Of a stretch of DNA of 24,000 nt, positions 1-7,516 are shown piece after piece (position 1 is the first letter of the stretch; each line of letters starts with the position of its first letter). Location of the stretch: assembly GCA_018238625.1 (NCBI GenBank), contig JABCSY010000043.1, forward strand, positions 1 to 24,000, read 5' to 3'. Made by a program: the position numbers and the translations under genes. The stretch comes from Promethearchaeota archaeon (GTDB taxonomy: Archaea > Asgardarchaeota > Lokiarchaeia > Sigyniarchaeales > SOKP01). The notes under the pieces were generated by a model. It did no database searches. It was not told the origin of the DNA and saw nothing but the letters and a program-made list of their open reading frames with translations.

Positions 1-1
1 T

Positions 2-454
2 TTTCTGGAAATTCTCTCAAGAGGTGCCTCACTAACATCTGCGCATCAAGCGGCATTAAATTTTAAGGAAATCGTCAAATCTTACTCGGAAGCAAGTTCT
101 ATATCAACTTTTAGGCACGGTGGTATCGAATGCTTAAAAGAGAGTACTAAACTCGTAATTCTTTCGTCCGATAAAGAGAATTTCGCATTCAACACTCAAT
201 TCATAGATAAATTAGTTAACAAATGGGCTTGTGGAAAAATTCTGCACATCACAAATCAAGAATTTGACGAGAAAGCAAAGAAAATACACGACAATCCAAA
301 GATTATAACTTATAAGCATAAAATAATGGACCCTCATTTAGCACCGATAATGGAAATAATAATTCTTCAATTACTGTTTTACAAGATGGCAGAAAAAAAC
401 GGAATTGAACCAGGTAAGTTTTTATATTCACAGAAAATAACTAACGACATATAA
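2..454 (+). CDS. SIS-domain sugar-phosphate isomerase/aminotransferase (GlmS/AgaS-like), C-terminal fragment entering from the left edge
   Basis: Frame 2 is open from the window edge to TAA at 452-454. It is absent from the ORF track because it has no start in the window. The translation ...STFRHGGIECLKESTKLVILSS...LAPIMEIIILQLLFYKMAEKNGIEPGKF... fits the second SIS domain and terminal helix pattern of GlmS-type proteins (HGp..l, P....iPlQLLaY..A...G.dpd.pr). Confidence 0.55.
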   Translation, partial: FLEILSRGASLTSAHQAALNFKEIVKSYSEASSISTFRHGGIECLKESTKLVILSSDKENFAFNTQFIDKLVNKWACGKILHITNQEFDEKAKKIHDNPKIITYKHKIMDPHLAPIMEIIILQLLFYKMAEKNGIEPGKFLYSQKITNDI

Positions 455-508
455 CAATATTAAGATATTAAGAAAAATTCTTCTTATTAAGTTTAAAATT
501 CAATTCAA

Positions 509-1783
509 TTGTTGGAAAAGATGGAAACAACTGCTACGGGACAATCATTTAGAAGCTATATATATTTTTGGTCGGGTCAATTATTTTCGTTGTTAGGATC
601 ATCTATAGTTCAAATTGTACTAATATATTGGATTTATTTTGAAACTAAAAGCTTGACGATAGTATCACTAGCCTCTTTTTTTTCTTTTCTGCCAATATTT
701 ATTCTCGGACCTCTTGCTGGCGTATTTGCCGATAGATGGAATCGAAAACTTTTAATTGGGGTTTCTGATTTTTGTCAAGCGCTTACTACTTTAAGTTTAA
801 TTCTTTTATTTTTCTTTAATATTCATGAAATATGGTTGATAATTTTAATTAATAGTATTAGAAGTGTATTTCAAGCATTTCATTGGCCAGTTGTAAACGC
901 AATAATTCCCTTAATGATACCAAAGAAACATTTAAGCAGAATGAATGGTATTAATTATTTCTTTACCGGTTTAGTCAATACAATGGGCCCAATTATTGCT
1001 GGCATTTTGTTGATATTATTTCCAATTGATCAAATATTATGGGTTGATGTTCTTACTTTTTTGATCGCTATAACCCCTCTATTGTTGATAAAAATACCCC
1101 CTATACTAAAGAAACATCTTCCTAAGCATGAAAGATCATATTTTAGGGAATTGAAAGTAGGGTTTAAAGCTATAAAAATTGTTCCGGGGCTCCTAACATT
1201 GCTTTTTGTAGCAACCATTTTAAATTTTTTAGGAAACCCTTTTAACACTTTAATGATACCTTATGTTAGTGGGACTCATTCTGGGAGCGTGGAAAACCTA
1301 TCTATTGTTCTAGCATCAATTCAAGCTGGGATGTTTGTTGGAGCAATAATTGTAATTATTAAAAAGGTTTGGAATAAAAAACCCTTAATTATTTTTACTG
1401 GGATTTTAATAGGCGAGATCGGACATTTAATATTAGCCTTGGCACCTCCAGGCAATTTTCTTATGATTAGTATTGGTGGCTTTATGTTTGCGTTTATTGT
1501 TCCTTTTGTTAACACCATGTTTTTAACTATTCTACAAACCGTCATACCTCCAGATCAACAAGGACGAGTTATGTCTAATGTTATTACTATAGTTACTTTA
1601 GTATCTCCGATAGCAATGCTAATATCAGGGCCGATAGCAGAACTGATTGGTATTAGGACCCTTTTTAGTATAAGCGCTGTACTAAACTTTATTTTTATAA
1701 TATTTGTTTGGATTTTTTCGAATATTAGGAATAATGATTATGATAGAGTATATGAATTTGAATTGGATGAAAATATTAATTAA
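509..1783 (+). CDS. MFS transporter (MFS_3 / EntS-like efflux family)
   Basis: 424-aa ORF that is hydrophobic throughout with about 12 TM-like segments. It has a GVFADRWNRK loop motif after TM2, typical of this MFS subfamily. The track start is TTG at 509; an alternative ATG lies at 521. Confidence 0.75.
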   Translation: MLEKMETTATGQSFRSYIYFWSGQLFSLLGSSIVQIVLIYWIYFETKSLTIVSLASFFSFLPIFILGPLAGVFADRWNRKLLIGVSDFCQALTTLSLILLFFFNIHEIWLIILINSIRSVFQAFHWPVVNAIIPLMIPKKHLSRMNGINYFFTGLVNTMGPIIAGILLILFPIDQILWVDVLTFLIAITPLLLIKIPPILKKHLPKHERSYFRELKVGFKAIKIVPGLLTLLFVATILNFLGNPFNTLMIPYVSGTHSGSVENLSIVLASIQAGMFVGAIIVIIKKVWNKKPLIIFTGILIGEIGHLILALAPPGNFLMISIGGFMFAFIVPFVNTMFLTILQTVIPPDQQGRVMSNVITIVTLVSPIAMLISGPIAELIGIRTLFSISAVLNFIFIIFVWIFSNIRNNDYDRVYEFELDENIN

Positions 1784-1852
1784 CAAAATAGTTTTTAAAA
1801 AAGAGCTTTTTAATTATTCTATACATCCCATTAAAACTTTATATTAAAAAAA

Positions 1853-2989
1853 ATGACGAAAGCAATAATTTTATCGGGTGGTTGGGGGACGCGATTAAGA
1901 CCCCTAACGTGTACTATACCCAAAACATTAATTCCAATCGTGAATAAACCAGTTATGGAGCGACAGATACTCTTATTAAAAGCAGCTGGAGTTAAAGAAA
2001 TAGTTTTAGCTGTAAGTGTGATGGACGATATTGTTAGAAGCTACTTCAAGGAAGGAAGAAAGTTAGGAATAAAAATCCATTATACGGGCGAAAAACATCC
2101 AATGGGGACTGCGGGAGCCATTAAATTAGCAGAATCTTACCTCGAAAACGACAACTTCTTCATGCTAAATGGAGATGTAATTCTAAATTATGACTTTAGC
2201 GATATGCTTAAATTTCACGAAAATTGTAAAGGTATTGGTACAATAGCCGGTAAAACCGTAGAGGACCCCTCAAGATATGGCGTATTGATAGTAAATAATG
2301 AAACGCAACAACTACTAAAATTTCTTGAAAAGGACGAATACACTCCTCCAGACGGCAAATATGTTCCTATGCCTATTAACGCAGGCGTATATATCCTAGA
2401 ACCTGAAATATTCTCCTTTATCGAACCAAACAAAAAGGTGTCTATTGAAAGAGACGTATTTCCTAAAGTTGCCGATAAAAACATGCTCTATCATTACCCT
2501 ATAAGTGGGATATGGAGCGATGTAGGTAAACCCTCCGATTTATTGCAAGGAAACATTCTATTAATGAACGATTTAATAAAAAATCAGGAAGGAAACGTAA
2601 GAAATTTAATAGAACCTTCTACAGACATCCACCCAAGTGTGAAGATTTATCCTCCTTGCACAATTGGTGAAAGCGTTGTAATTCGAGAGAATTGTAAAGT
2701 TGGTCCAAATGTAATAATTGGCGAGGATGTATTTATAAATAACCATTCCGAACTTAAGGAATGTCTAATCTATAACAAGGCACATATCTCAAGTAATGTT
2801 CAAATCGAAAAAGCTATTATCGCTGATAATTGTAATATCCAAGAAAATGTAAAATTAAAAGGTAATAACGAAAATTTAATAATTTTAGCCTCATATGTGC
2901 AGGTTATGAAAAACCTCGAATTAATTGCCCCCAAAACAATCTCATTAACGGTATGTCATCACGAAGTAGTAAAAGAAAGTATAAAGTAA
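1853..2989 (+). CDS. Sugar-1-phosphate nucleotidyltransferase (NTP_transferase domain + C-terminal left-handed beta-helix; GDP-mannose pyrophosphorylase / ST0452-like)
   Basis: The N-terminal ILSGGWGTRLRPLT signature corresponds to GGxGTRLxPLT. GTAGA and NGD motifs are present. The C-terminal third has hexapeptide-like repeats (IGESVVIRENCKVGPNVIIGEDVFINNHS...). Confidence 0.8.
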   Translation: MTKAIILSGGWGTRLRPLTCTIPKTLIPIVNKPVMERQILLLKAAGVKEIVLAVSVMDDIVRSYFKEGRKLGIKIHYTGEKHPMGTAGAIKLAESYLENDNFFMLNGDVILNYDFSDMLKFHENCKGIGTIAGKTVEDPSRYGVLIVNNETQQLLKFLEKDEYTPPDGKYVPMPINAGVYILEPEIFSFIEPNKKVSIERDVFPKVADKNMLYHYPISGIWSDVGKPSDLLQGNILLMNDLIKNQEGNVRNLIEPSTDIHPSVKIYPPCTIGESVVIRENCKVGPNVIIGEDVFINNHSELKECLIYNKAHISSNVQIEKAIIADNCNIQENVKLKGNNENLIILASYVQVMKNLELIAPKTISLTVCHHEVVKESIK

Positions 2990-2991
2990 AA

Positions 2992-3813
2992 ATGAGCGAC
3001 CAATTAACACCTGAAGAAATTTATTTCAAAGTACTTAATAACGAGGTAGGAAAGAAGGACGCCTTAAAGCTTTTCGAATCGTTAATAAATAAAAGTGATA
3101 ACGATGACATTAGATATTCAAGCTTAGAATATATCGGTAAATTATCGATTGAAGACGAACTAACCTTTAACATAATTGAAAATTGCCTAATTTCTGACGA
3201 ATCTACTCTAGTTAGATTTGAAGCAGCTAAAGTATTGATCCAGAACTTTCCAACACGGGAACATGAGCCTTTAATATGGGCGATCCAAAACGAAAAATCT
3301 ATTTATTTCTTTAAAAAACTATTAGATTTATTTGAAACAGAAGAGTATCATCAATTTGAAGAAATTCGAGAAAAAGCGTTAAAAAAGATTAGAACTTATT
3401 ATAATTTAAACTCAACAGACTCAAAATTTGTTCTCGATATCGATTATTTAGATTATATGAAATTTAGGAACGAATTAAAGAGTTTTTTACAAAAGTTTGA
3501 GTTATCAGACGAAGCTAAACAAGTATTAATTAAAGAAAATACCGAAATAGGGTATAAAGGACTAGGTCGCGTTAAAGCTACCAAAAAAGGCTTCATAATA
3601 AGTTTGTCTCTCAAAGACCTTAAAGAAATTCCATCGTCGATTTGTAAGCTATCAAAATTAGAATCCTTGGAAATATCTTATTGTAAACTAGAAAAATATC
3701 CAGACCCTTGCCCAAATCTTTTGTCACTTAAGAAGTTAGTTTTCAGCAACAATCAGTTAGACGATTTACCCAGCTGGGTTATAGAGGTTGCAAAGAAAAA
3801 TAAGAGTGTGTAA
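2992..3813 (+). CDS. HEAT-like repeat + leucine-rich-repeat (LRR) protein
   Basis: The N-terminal half has PBS-lyase/HEAT-like repeats (DDIRYSSLEYIGKL..., DESTLVRFEAAKVL). The C-terminus has about 3 LRR units (LKEIPSSICKLSKLESLEISYCKLEKYPD..LLSLKKLVFSNNQLDDLPSWV). I prefer ATG 2992 (MSDQLTPEE) over the track start 2953, which overlaps the upstream gene. Confidence 0.6.
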   Translation: MSDQLTPEEIYFKVLNNEVGKKDALKLFESLINKSDNDDIRYSSLEYIGKLSIEDELTFNIIENCLISDESTLVRFEAAKVLIQNFPTREHEPLIWAIQNEKSIYFFKKLLDLFETEEYHQFEEIREKALKKIRTYYNLNSTDSKFVLDIDYLDYMKFRNELKSFLQKFELSDEAKQVLIKENTEIGYKGLGRVKATKKGFIISLSLKDLKEIPSSICKLSKLESLEISYCKLEKYPDPCPNLLSLKKLVFSNNQLDDLPSWVIEVAKKNKSV

Positions 3814-3814
3814 A

Positions 3815-4075
3815 ATGGAAGATTTGAAGGAAAAAGGTTTAAAAATATATAACGCAATGTTTCAAGGAGAAAAATATGTCGAAATTGACGAGATTCAATA
3901 CACTATAAAGAAATTTTCAAACGGAATTAAATATATGGATTTATTTGGGTATCGCTTTATAGAACAAAATCACAGAAAAAAATCAGAATGGGGGAAGAAA
4001 GCTCGAGAAGGACACAAAATCATGTGGATAATTAAAGGAAGGAGATACATCTCCCAAATACTAGATGGAGAATAA
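3815..4075 (+). CDS. Small hypothetical protein (86 aa), tightly coupled to the LRR gene
   Basis: ATG at 3815 lies 1 nt after the LRR gene stop (3811-3813). The frame stays open in AT-rich DNA. No motif recognised. Confidence 0.45.
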   Translation: MEDLKEKGLKIYNAMFQGEKYVEIDEIQYTIKKFSNGIKYMDLFGYRFIEQNHRKKSEWGKKAREGHKIMWIIKGRRYISQILDGE

Positions 4076-4459
4076 ACCGATTTAAAGAAAAAATCGGTGT
4101 AAAACTATTTGATTTTATGAAAAAATCCTCATAATCTACATATAAACTTATACAATTTCAAAATTACTTCATTTAATCTTTTAACTGACCTTAAACTCTT
4201 CAGAGTTGCATCCAAAATTATTCTTTCGAGTTAAATTCAGAAAAAAAGAAGAATAGATCAAAATCTGAAGATATAAATCGTTTTAAAAATGGGACTGCTT
4301 TCCCATTTAATGTTTTAGCATGTTATAGAATCACATTAGTTAGTATTACTCAGAATTCTGAACCCACAAAGACTGGACTCCAGATTATTTTTAATTGTAT
4401 ATTGCTATTTTGTAATTGTAAGAAAATAAAAATAACTTAAAATGGAGAATTGAAACGTG

Positions 4460-4648
4460 ATGAATGAATTAGTAGAAAGTAATGTTGAATATTATGAATT
4501 TTTGAGCGTCATTCACGAAATATCGAAAAAATCGCAATCTATACAGAAAGATTTAATAAAGAAAGTCTATCAGAATTACGATTTGGGGCTATATCGAATA
4601 AAATTAGAGAAAGAAATAGCAGAGCTCGATAAATTAATAATTAAGTAG
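4460..4648 (+). CDS. Small helical hypothetical protein (62 aa)
   Basis: Short ORF (GTG 4457 / ATG 4460) with a heptad-like charged sequence. It is followed by a T8 run at 4672-4679. No homology recognised. Confidence 0.3.
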   Translation: MNELVESNVEYYEFLSVIHEISKKSQSIQKDLIKKVYQNYDLGLYRIKLEKEIAELDKLIIK

Positions 4649-4677
4649 AATACCTACTTATCTTTTAATTCTTTTTT

Positions 4678-5277
4678 TTATATTATGTTTAATTTTTCTG
4701 CAATTAATTCCAAATACGATTTTCTAATTGATTCTTCCTTCTTAATTCCAAATTTCTCTAAAAATTGAAAAAGAATCTTTTTACTATTCTCTATATCTTC
4801 ATACGATTCGGTCATTAATTCAACTTCTACGAAATGTCGCTTTAAAATAGGTAAATAATCGATTAAAGCTTCGATTTTCGCGTCTTTAAACAAAAATTCA
4901 TATAATTCTCTTTCTTTAACGACGGTAAAAACTTCTCGAAATCCTAATAGTTTAAGAAGATTTTTCATATCTTCAATTTCATTTATTTTTACTTCGATCT
5001 CTTCTCTTGTTTTGGTTGTTTTATCAATTTTCTTCCCTTTATAGGTTATAAAATAATTGATTTTTTGAGCTATCGCTTTATCATCCCTATTAAATTCAAT
5101 GGATTTTCTTAACCTTAATGCTTCGTCAGTCTGTTTAAAATCCCTTAAACCCTTAGGCATATTAAAGTAAGTATCTTCATGATGTAAGGAAATTTTGTAA
5201 ACCCCTTTGTTCTCTTCAAATCTCTTCCTCACTTGATTAGGATCAGAAATTTTAACTTTAATTTCGACTTCAATCAT
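4678..5277 (-). CDS. CYTH-domain protein (triphosphate tunnel metalloenzyme; CyaB-like class IV adenylyl cyclase / thiamine triphosphatase family)
   Basis: The N-terminal MIEVEIKVKI contains the ExExK signature of CYTH domains. The ~200 aa size and alternating charged beta-strand pattern fit this family. Confidence 0.7.
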   Translation of the reverse strand: MIEVEIKVKISDPNQVRKRFEENKGVYKISLHHEDTYFNMPKGLRDFKQTDEALRLRKSIEFNRDDKAIAQKINYFITYKGKKIDKTTKTREEIEVKINEIEDMKNLLKLLGFREVFTVVKERELYEFLFKDAKIEALIDYLPILKRHFVEVELMTESYEDIENSKKILFQFLEKFGIKKEESIRKSYLELIAEKLNII

Positions 5278-5422
5278 AATGCTACTCTATTCTATATTAA
5301 TAACAAATATAATAAATTAATTTTTATTAAGTAATAATAGTTTCACTTAGAGTTGATATTTAATTTCTCAGAACGTTAGAACTGCTCATAAACTCGCGGA
5401 AGAATACGGATATCTCCCTTAT

Positions 5423-6331
5423 ATGCTTGAAAGATATGTTCAATTCTTAGGATTAGATGAAACATTAAAATTATTAAAGGCAAATGAGCAGCCATTAATA
5501 CCTTCAATACGTGTTAATACTCTTAAAATATCTATATTAGAATTAAAAAAACGGCTAGAGAAGAAAGGAAATGAGTTAAAACCAATTGAATGGGTTCCTT
5601 ATGGGTTCAATGTTGTTAAAGAAAGTTTTAATTTAGGCTCTTCTCACGAATTTCTACAAGGTTATTACTATTTACAAAATATCGCTTCAATGCTTTCAGC
5701 TATTATTCTCGATCCTAAGCCTAATGATGTTGTAATTGATATGTGTGCAGCTCCAGGAAGTAAATCAACACACTTAGCTCAACTAATGGTAAATAAAGGG
5801 ACGCTCATTTTAGTTGAAAAGAATTTAAATCGAATTCCCGCTTTAGAAGTCAACCTAAGAAGAATGGGAATTAATAATTCAATTGTACTTAATATGGATG
5901 CTATTAATTTATCAAACACAAATGTTAAAGGAGATAAAATTCTATTAGATGCTCCATGTACTGGGGAAGGGTTAATAAGACAAGACCCAAGTAGGAAAAA
6001 AAGTAAAAGAATGAAAGATATTGAAAAAATGGCTTCAATTCAAAAGAGGTTATTAACTACCGGGTTGAAAGCATTAAATTCAGGCGGGATGCTTTTATAT
6101 TGTACTTGTTCTATTGCTCCTGAAGAAAATGAGCTAGTTGTTGATGAAGTATTGAACAAATCTAATAATTTTAAAATCGTTGAAATTTCCAAAAATTATG
6201 GCGTGAAAGGATTAACTAAAGTTTTTGGAGTTAACTTATCAGAAGATTTAAAGTTTTCACAGCGCTTGTATCCTCACCTACATAATACTATTGGCTTCTA
6301 TTATTGTCTTATAAAAAAAGAAGATTCATAA
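5423..6331 (+). CDS. NOL1/NOP2/Sun (RsmB/Trm4-like) RNA cytosine-C5 methyltransferase
   Basis: SAM motif DMCAAPGSKSTHLA, motif IV LDAPCTGEG (catalytic PC) and motif VI YCTCSIAPEENE (TC) are present. IRVNTLK lies upstream of the catalytic domain. Confidence 0.85.
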   Translation: MLERYVQFLGLDETLKLLKANEQPLIPSIRVNTLKISILELKKRLEKKGNELKPIEWVPYGFNVVKESFNLGSSHEFLQGYYYLQNIASMLSAIILDPKPNDVVIDMCAAPGSKSTHLAQLMVNKGTLILVEKNLNRIPALEVNLRRMGINNSIVLNMDAINLSNTNVKGDKILLDAPCTGEGLIRQDPSRKKSKRMKDIEKMASIQKRLLTTGLKALNSGGMLLYCTCSIAPEENELVVDEVLNKSNNFKIVEISKNYGVKGLTKVFGVNLSEDLKFSQRLYPHLHNTIGFYYCLIKKEDS

Positions 6332-6353
6332 ATTTGGAATTTGGGAATTTCGG
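6331..6353. repeat. Three tandem AATTT(G/C)GG units (contains GGAATTT twice)
   Basis: Read directly: aatttgg (6331-6337), aatttggg (6338-6345), aatttcgg (6346-6353). The repeat lies 75-97 bp upstream of ATG 6428. Confidence 0.5.
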
Positions 6354-6427
6354 TCTATATAGATTTATATGATAAAATAAATTACTTGTAAATCATAAGT
6401 TGCATTTTTAATGGAATCCTCCTTGTT

Positions 6428-7477
6428 ATGTTGAATCTTCTTAGTAGGTACCTTAAGAAAAATTATAATGCACTTGAAAAAATTAATATTTTAGTTTTAG
6501 TTCTACAAAATAACCAGAGGATTGAAATAATCAATAAAAGAAGCTATCAATTTTTTAGGCTTTCAAAAAAGTTAAGACCTATTTCTATTTTTTTTGTTTT
6601 CAACGATAGTTTTTATCTATATTTATTAAGAAGCAATCTTTATAAATTTCTTAACAGAAGTATAAAAGATACCGACTTTAGGAAATTAATAAAACTTGAA
6701 ATTCTGAAAGCCCCTGAATTTCAAGAATACGGTGTAATTTTTAATCTTATAATAAAATTAGTTATCTCTATTATGGAAACCAAGATCTTATCTAAGTCTA
6801 TTGGTTTAGAGCATCCTAATGTGAAGAAAGTTATAGAAATAGCTGAGGAGATTATGAGTAAAAATAAAGTCTTAAACATAGAAACTCTCTATAACGTGGC
6901 AAAAAAAAGCTTGAAATTGCCCCGAAACGGGCTCTTATTTATAATACAATTATTAATAAATAAAAAAATTTTAATTGAAGGTTCAAAGTTTTCAAGGGAA
7001 ACAGTTCTTGTAAATCCTACTAGAAGAGGGCTTTACAATTACATTAGCGCGAACCCCGGCGCACACTTCTCTATTTTAAGAAAGAGAGCGCTTTCTATGG
7101 GATCGGAGAGTTCAGGCCAATTAGTATGGCACTTAGAGATGTTATTAAATTTTAATTATATCTATAAAATTAAAGTAGGAAATTACACAGTGTTTCTTCC
7201 CATTGAGATGGAAGTCGATTTAGGAATAATCAATTTTTTACTAAGAGATAAGATAAATAGGAAAATTGTAGACTTATTAAGAACACAAAGATCAATTAAA
7301 AATTCAGAAATCTTTAAATTTTTAGATGAAAAACGAGAACAAGTTAATTATCGACTAAAAACTTTAATTAATTACGATTTAATTTGCTTTAAAGAAGATC
7401 TGAGTAAAGAAGTCTATTTAAATCCAGATAAACAAGAGGATGTAATTAATATATTAAATAATATCAAAATAGGTTGA
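6428..7477 (+). CDS. Multi-winged-helix (wHTH) protein of unknown function; putative DNA-binding or scaffold protein
   Basis: The C-terminal 230 aa contain about three wHTH-like units. One example is RRGLYNYISANPGAHFSILRKRAL....GQLVWHLEMLLNFNYIYKIKVGNYTVFLP; another is INRKIVDLLRTQRSIKNSEIFKFLDEKREQVNYRLKTLINYDLICFKED. The N-terminal 115 aa are unrecognisable, but a 345-nt open frame in DNA this AT-rich is unlikely to arise by chance. An alternative start is ATG 6773. Confidence 0.5.
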   Translation: MLNLLSRYLKKNYNALEKINILVLVLQNNQRIEIINKRSYQFFRLSKKLRPISIFFVFNDSFYLYLLRSNLYKFLNRSIKDTDFRKLIKLEILKAPEFQEYGVIFNLIIKLVISIMETKILSKSIGLEHPNVKKVIEIAEEIMSKNKVLNIETLYNVAKKSLKLPRNGLLFIIQLLINKKILIEGSKFSRETVLVNPTRRGLYNYISANPGAHFSILRKRALSMGSESSGQLVWHLEMLLNFNYIYKIKVGNYTVFLPIEMEVDLGIINFLLRDKINRKIVDLLRTQRSIKNSEIFKFLDEKREQVNYRLKTLINYDLICFKEDLSKEVYLNPDKQEDVINILNNIKIG

Positions 7478-7516
7478 TATAAAAAATAATTAAAATTAAG
7501 TAAATGGAATAAGAAA

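Noticed and set aside
1030-2484. Minus-strand ORFs 1030-1248, 1321-1545 and 2215-2484
   Set aside because: They are antisense to the MFS transporter and nucleotidyltransferase genes, both of which have clear family motifs.
4457-4463. gtgatga resembling a C box (RUGAUGA) of a C/D-box sRNA
   Set aside because: There is no D box (CUGA) or terminal stem at a suitable distance (about 50-70 nt). The motif coincides with the start of a small ORF.
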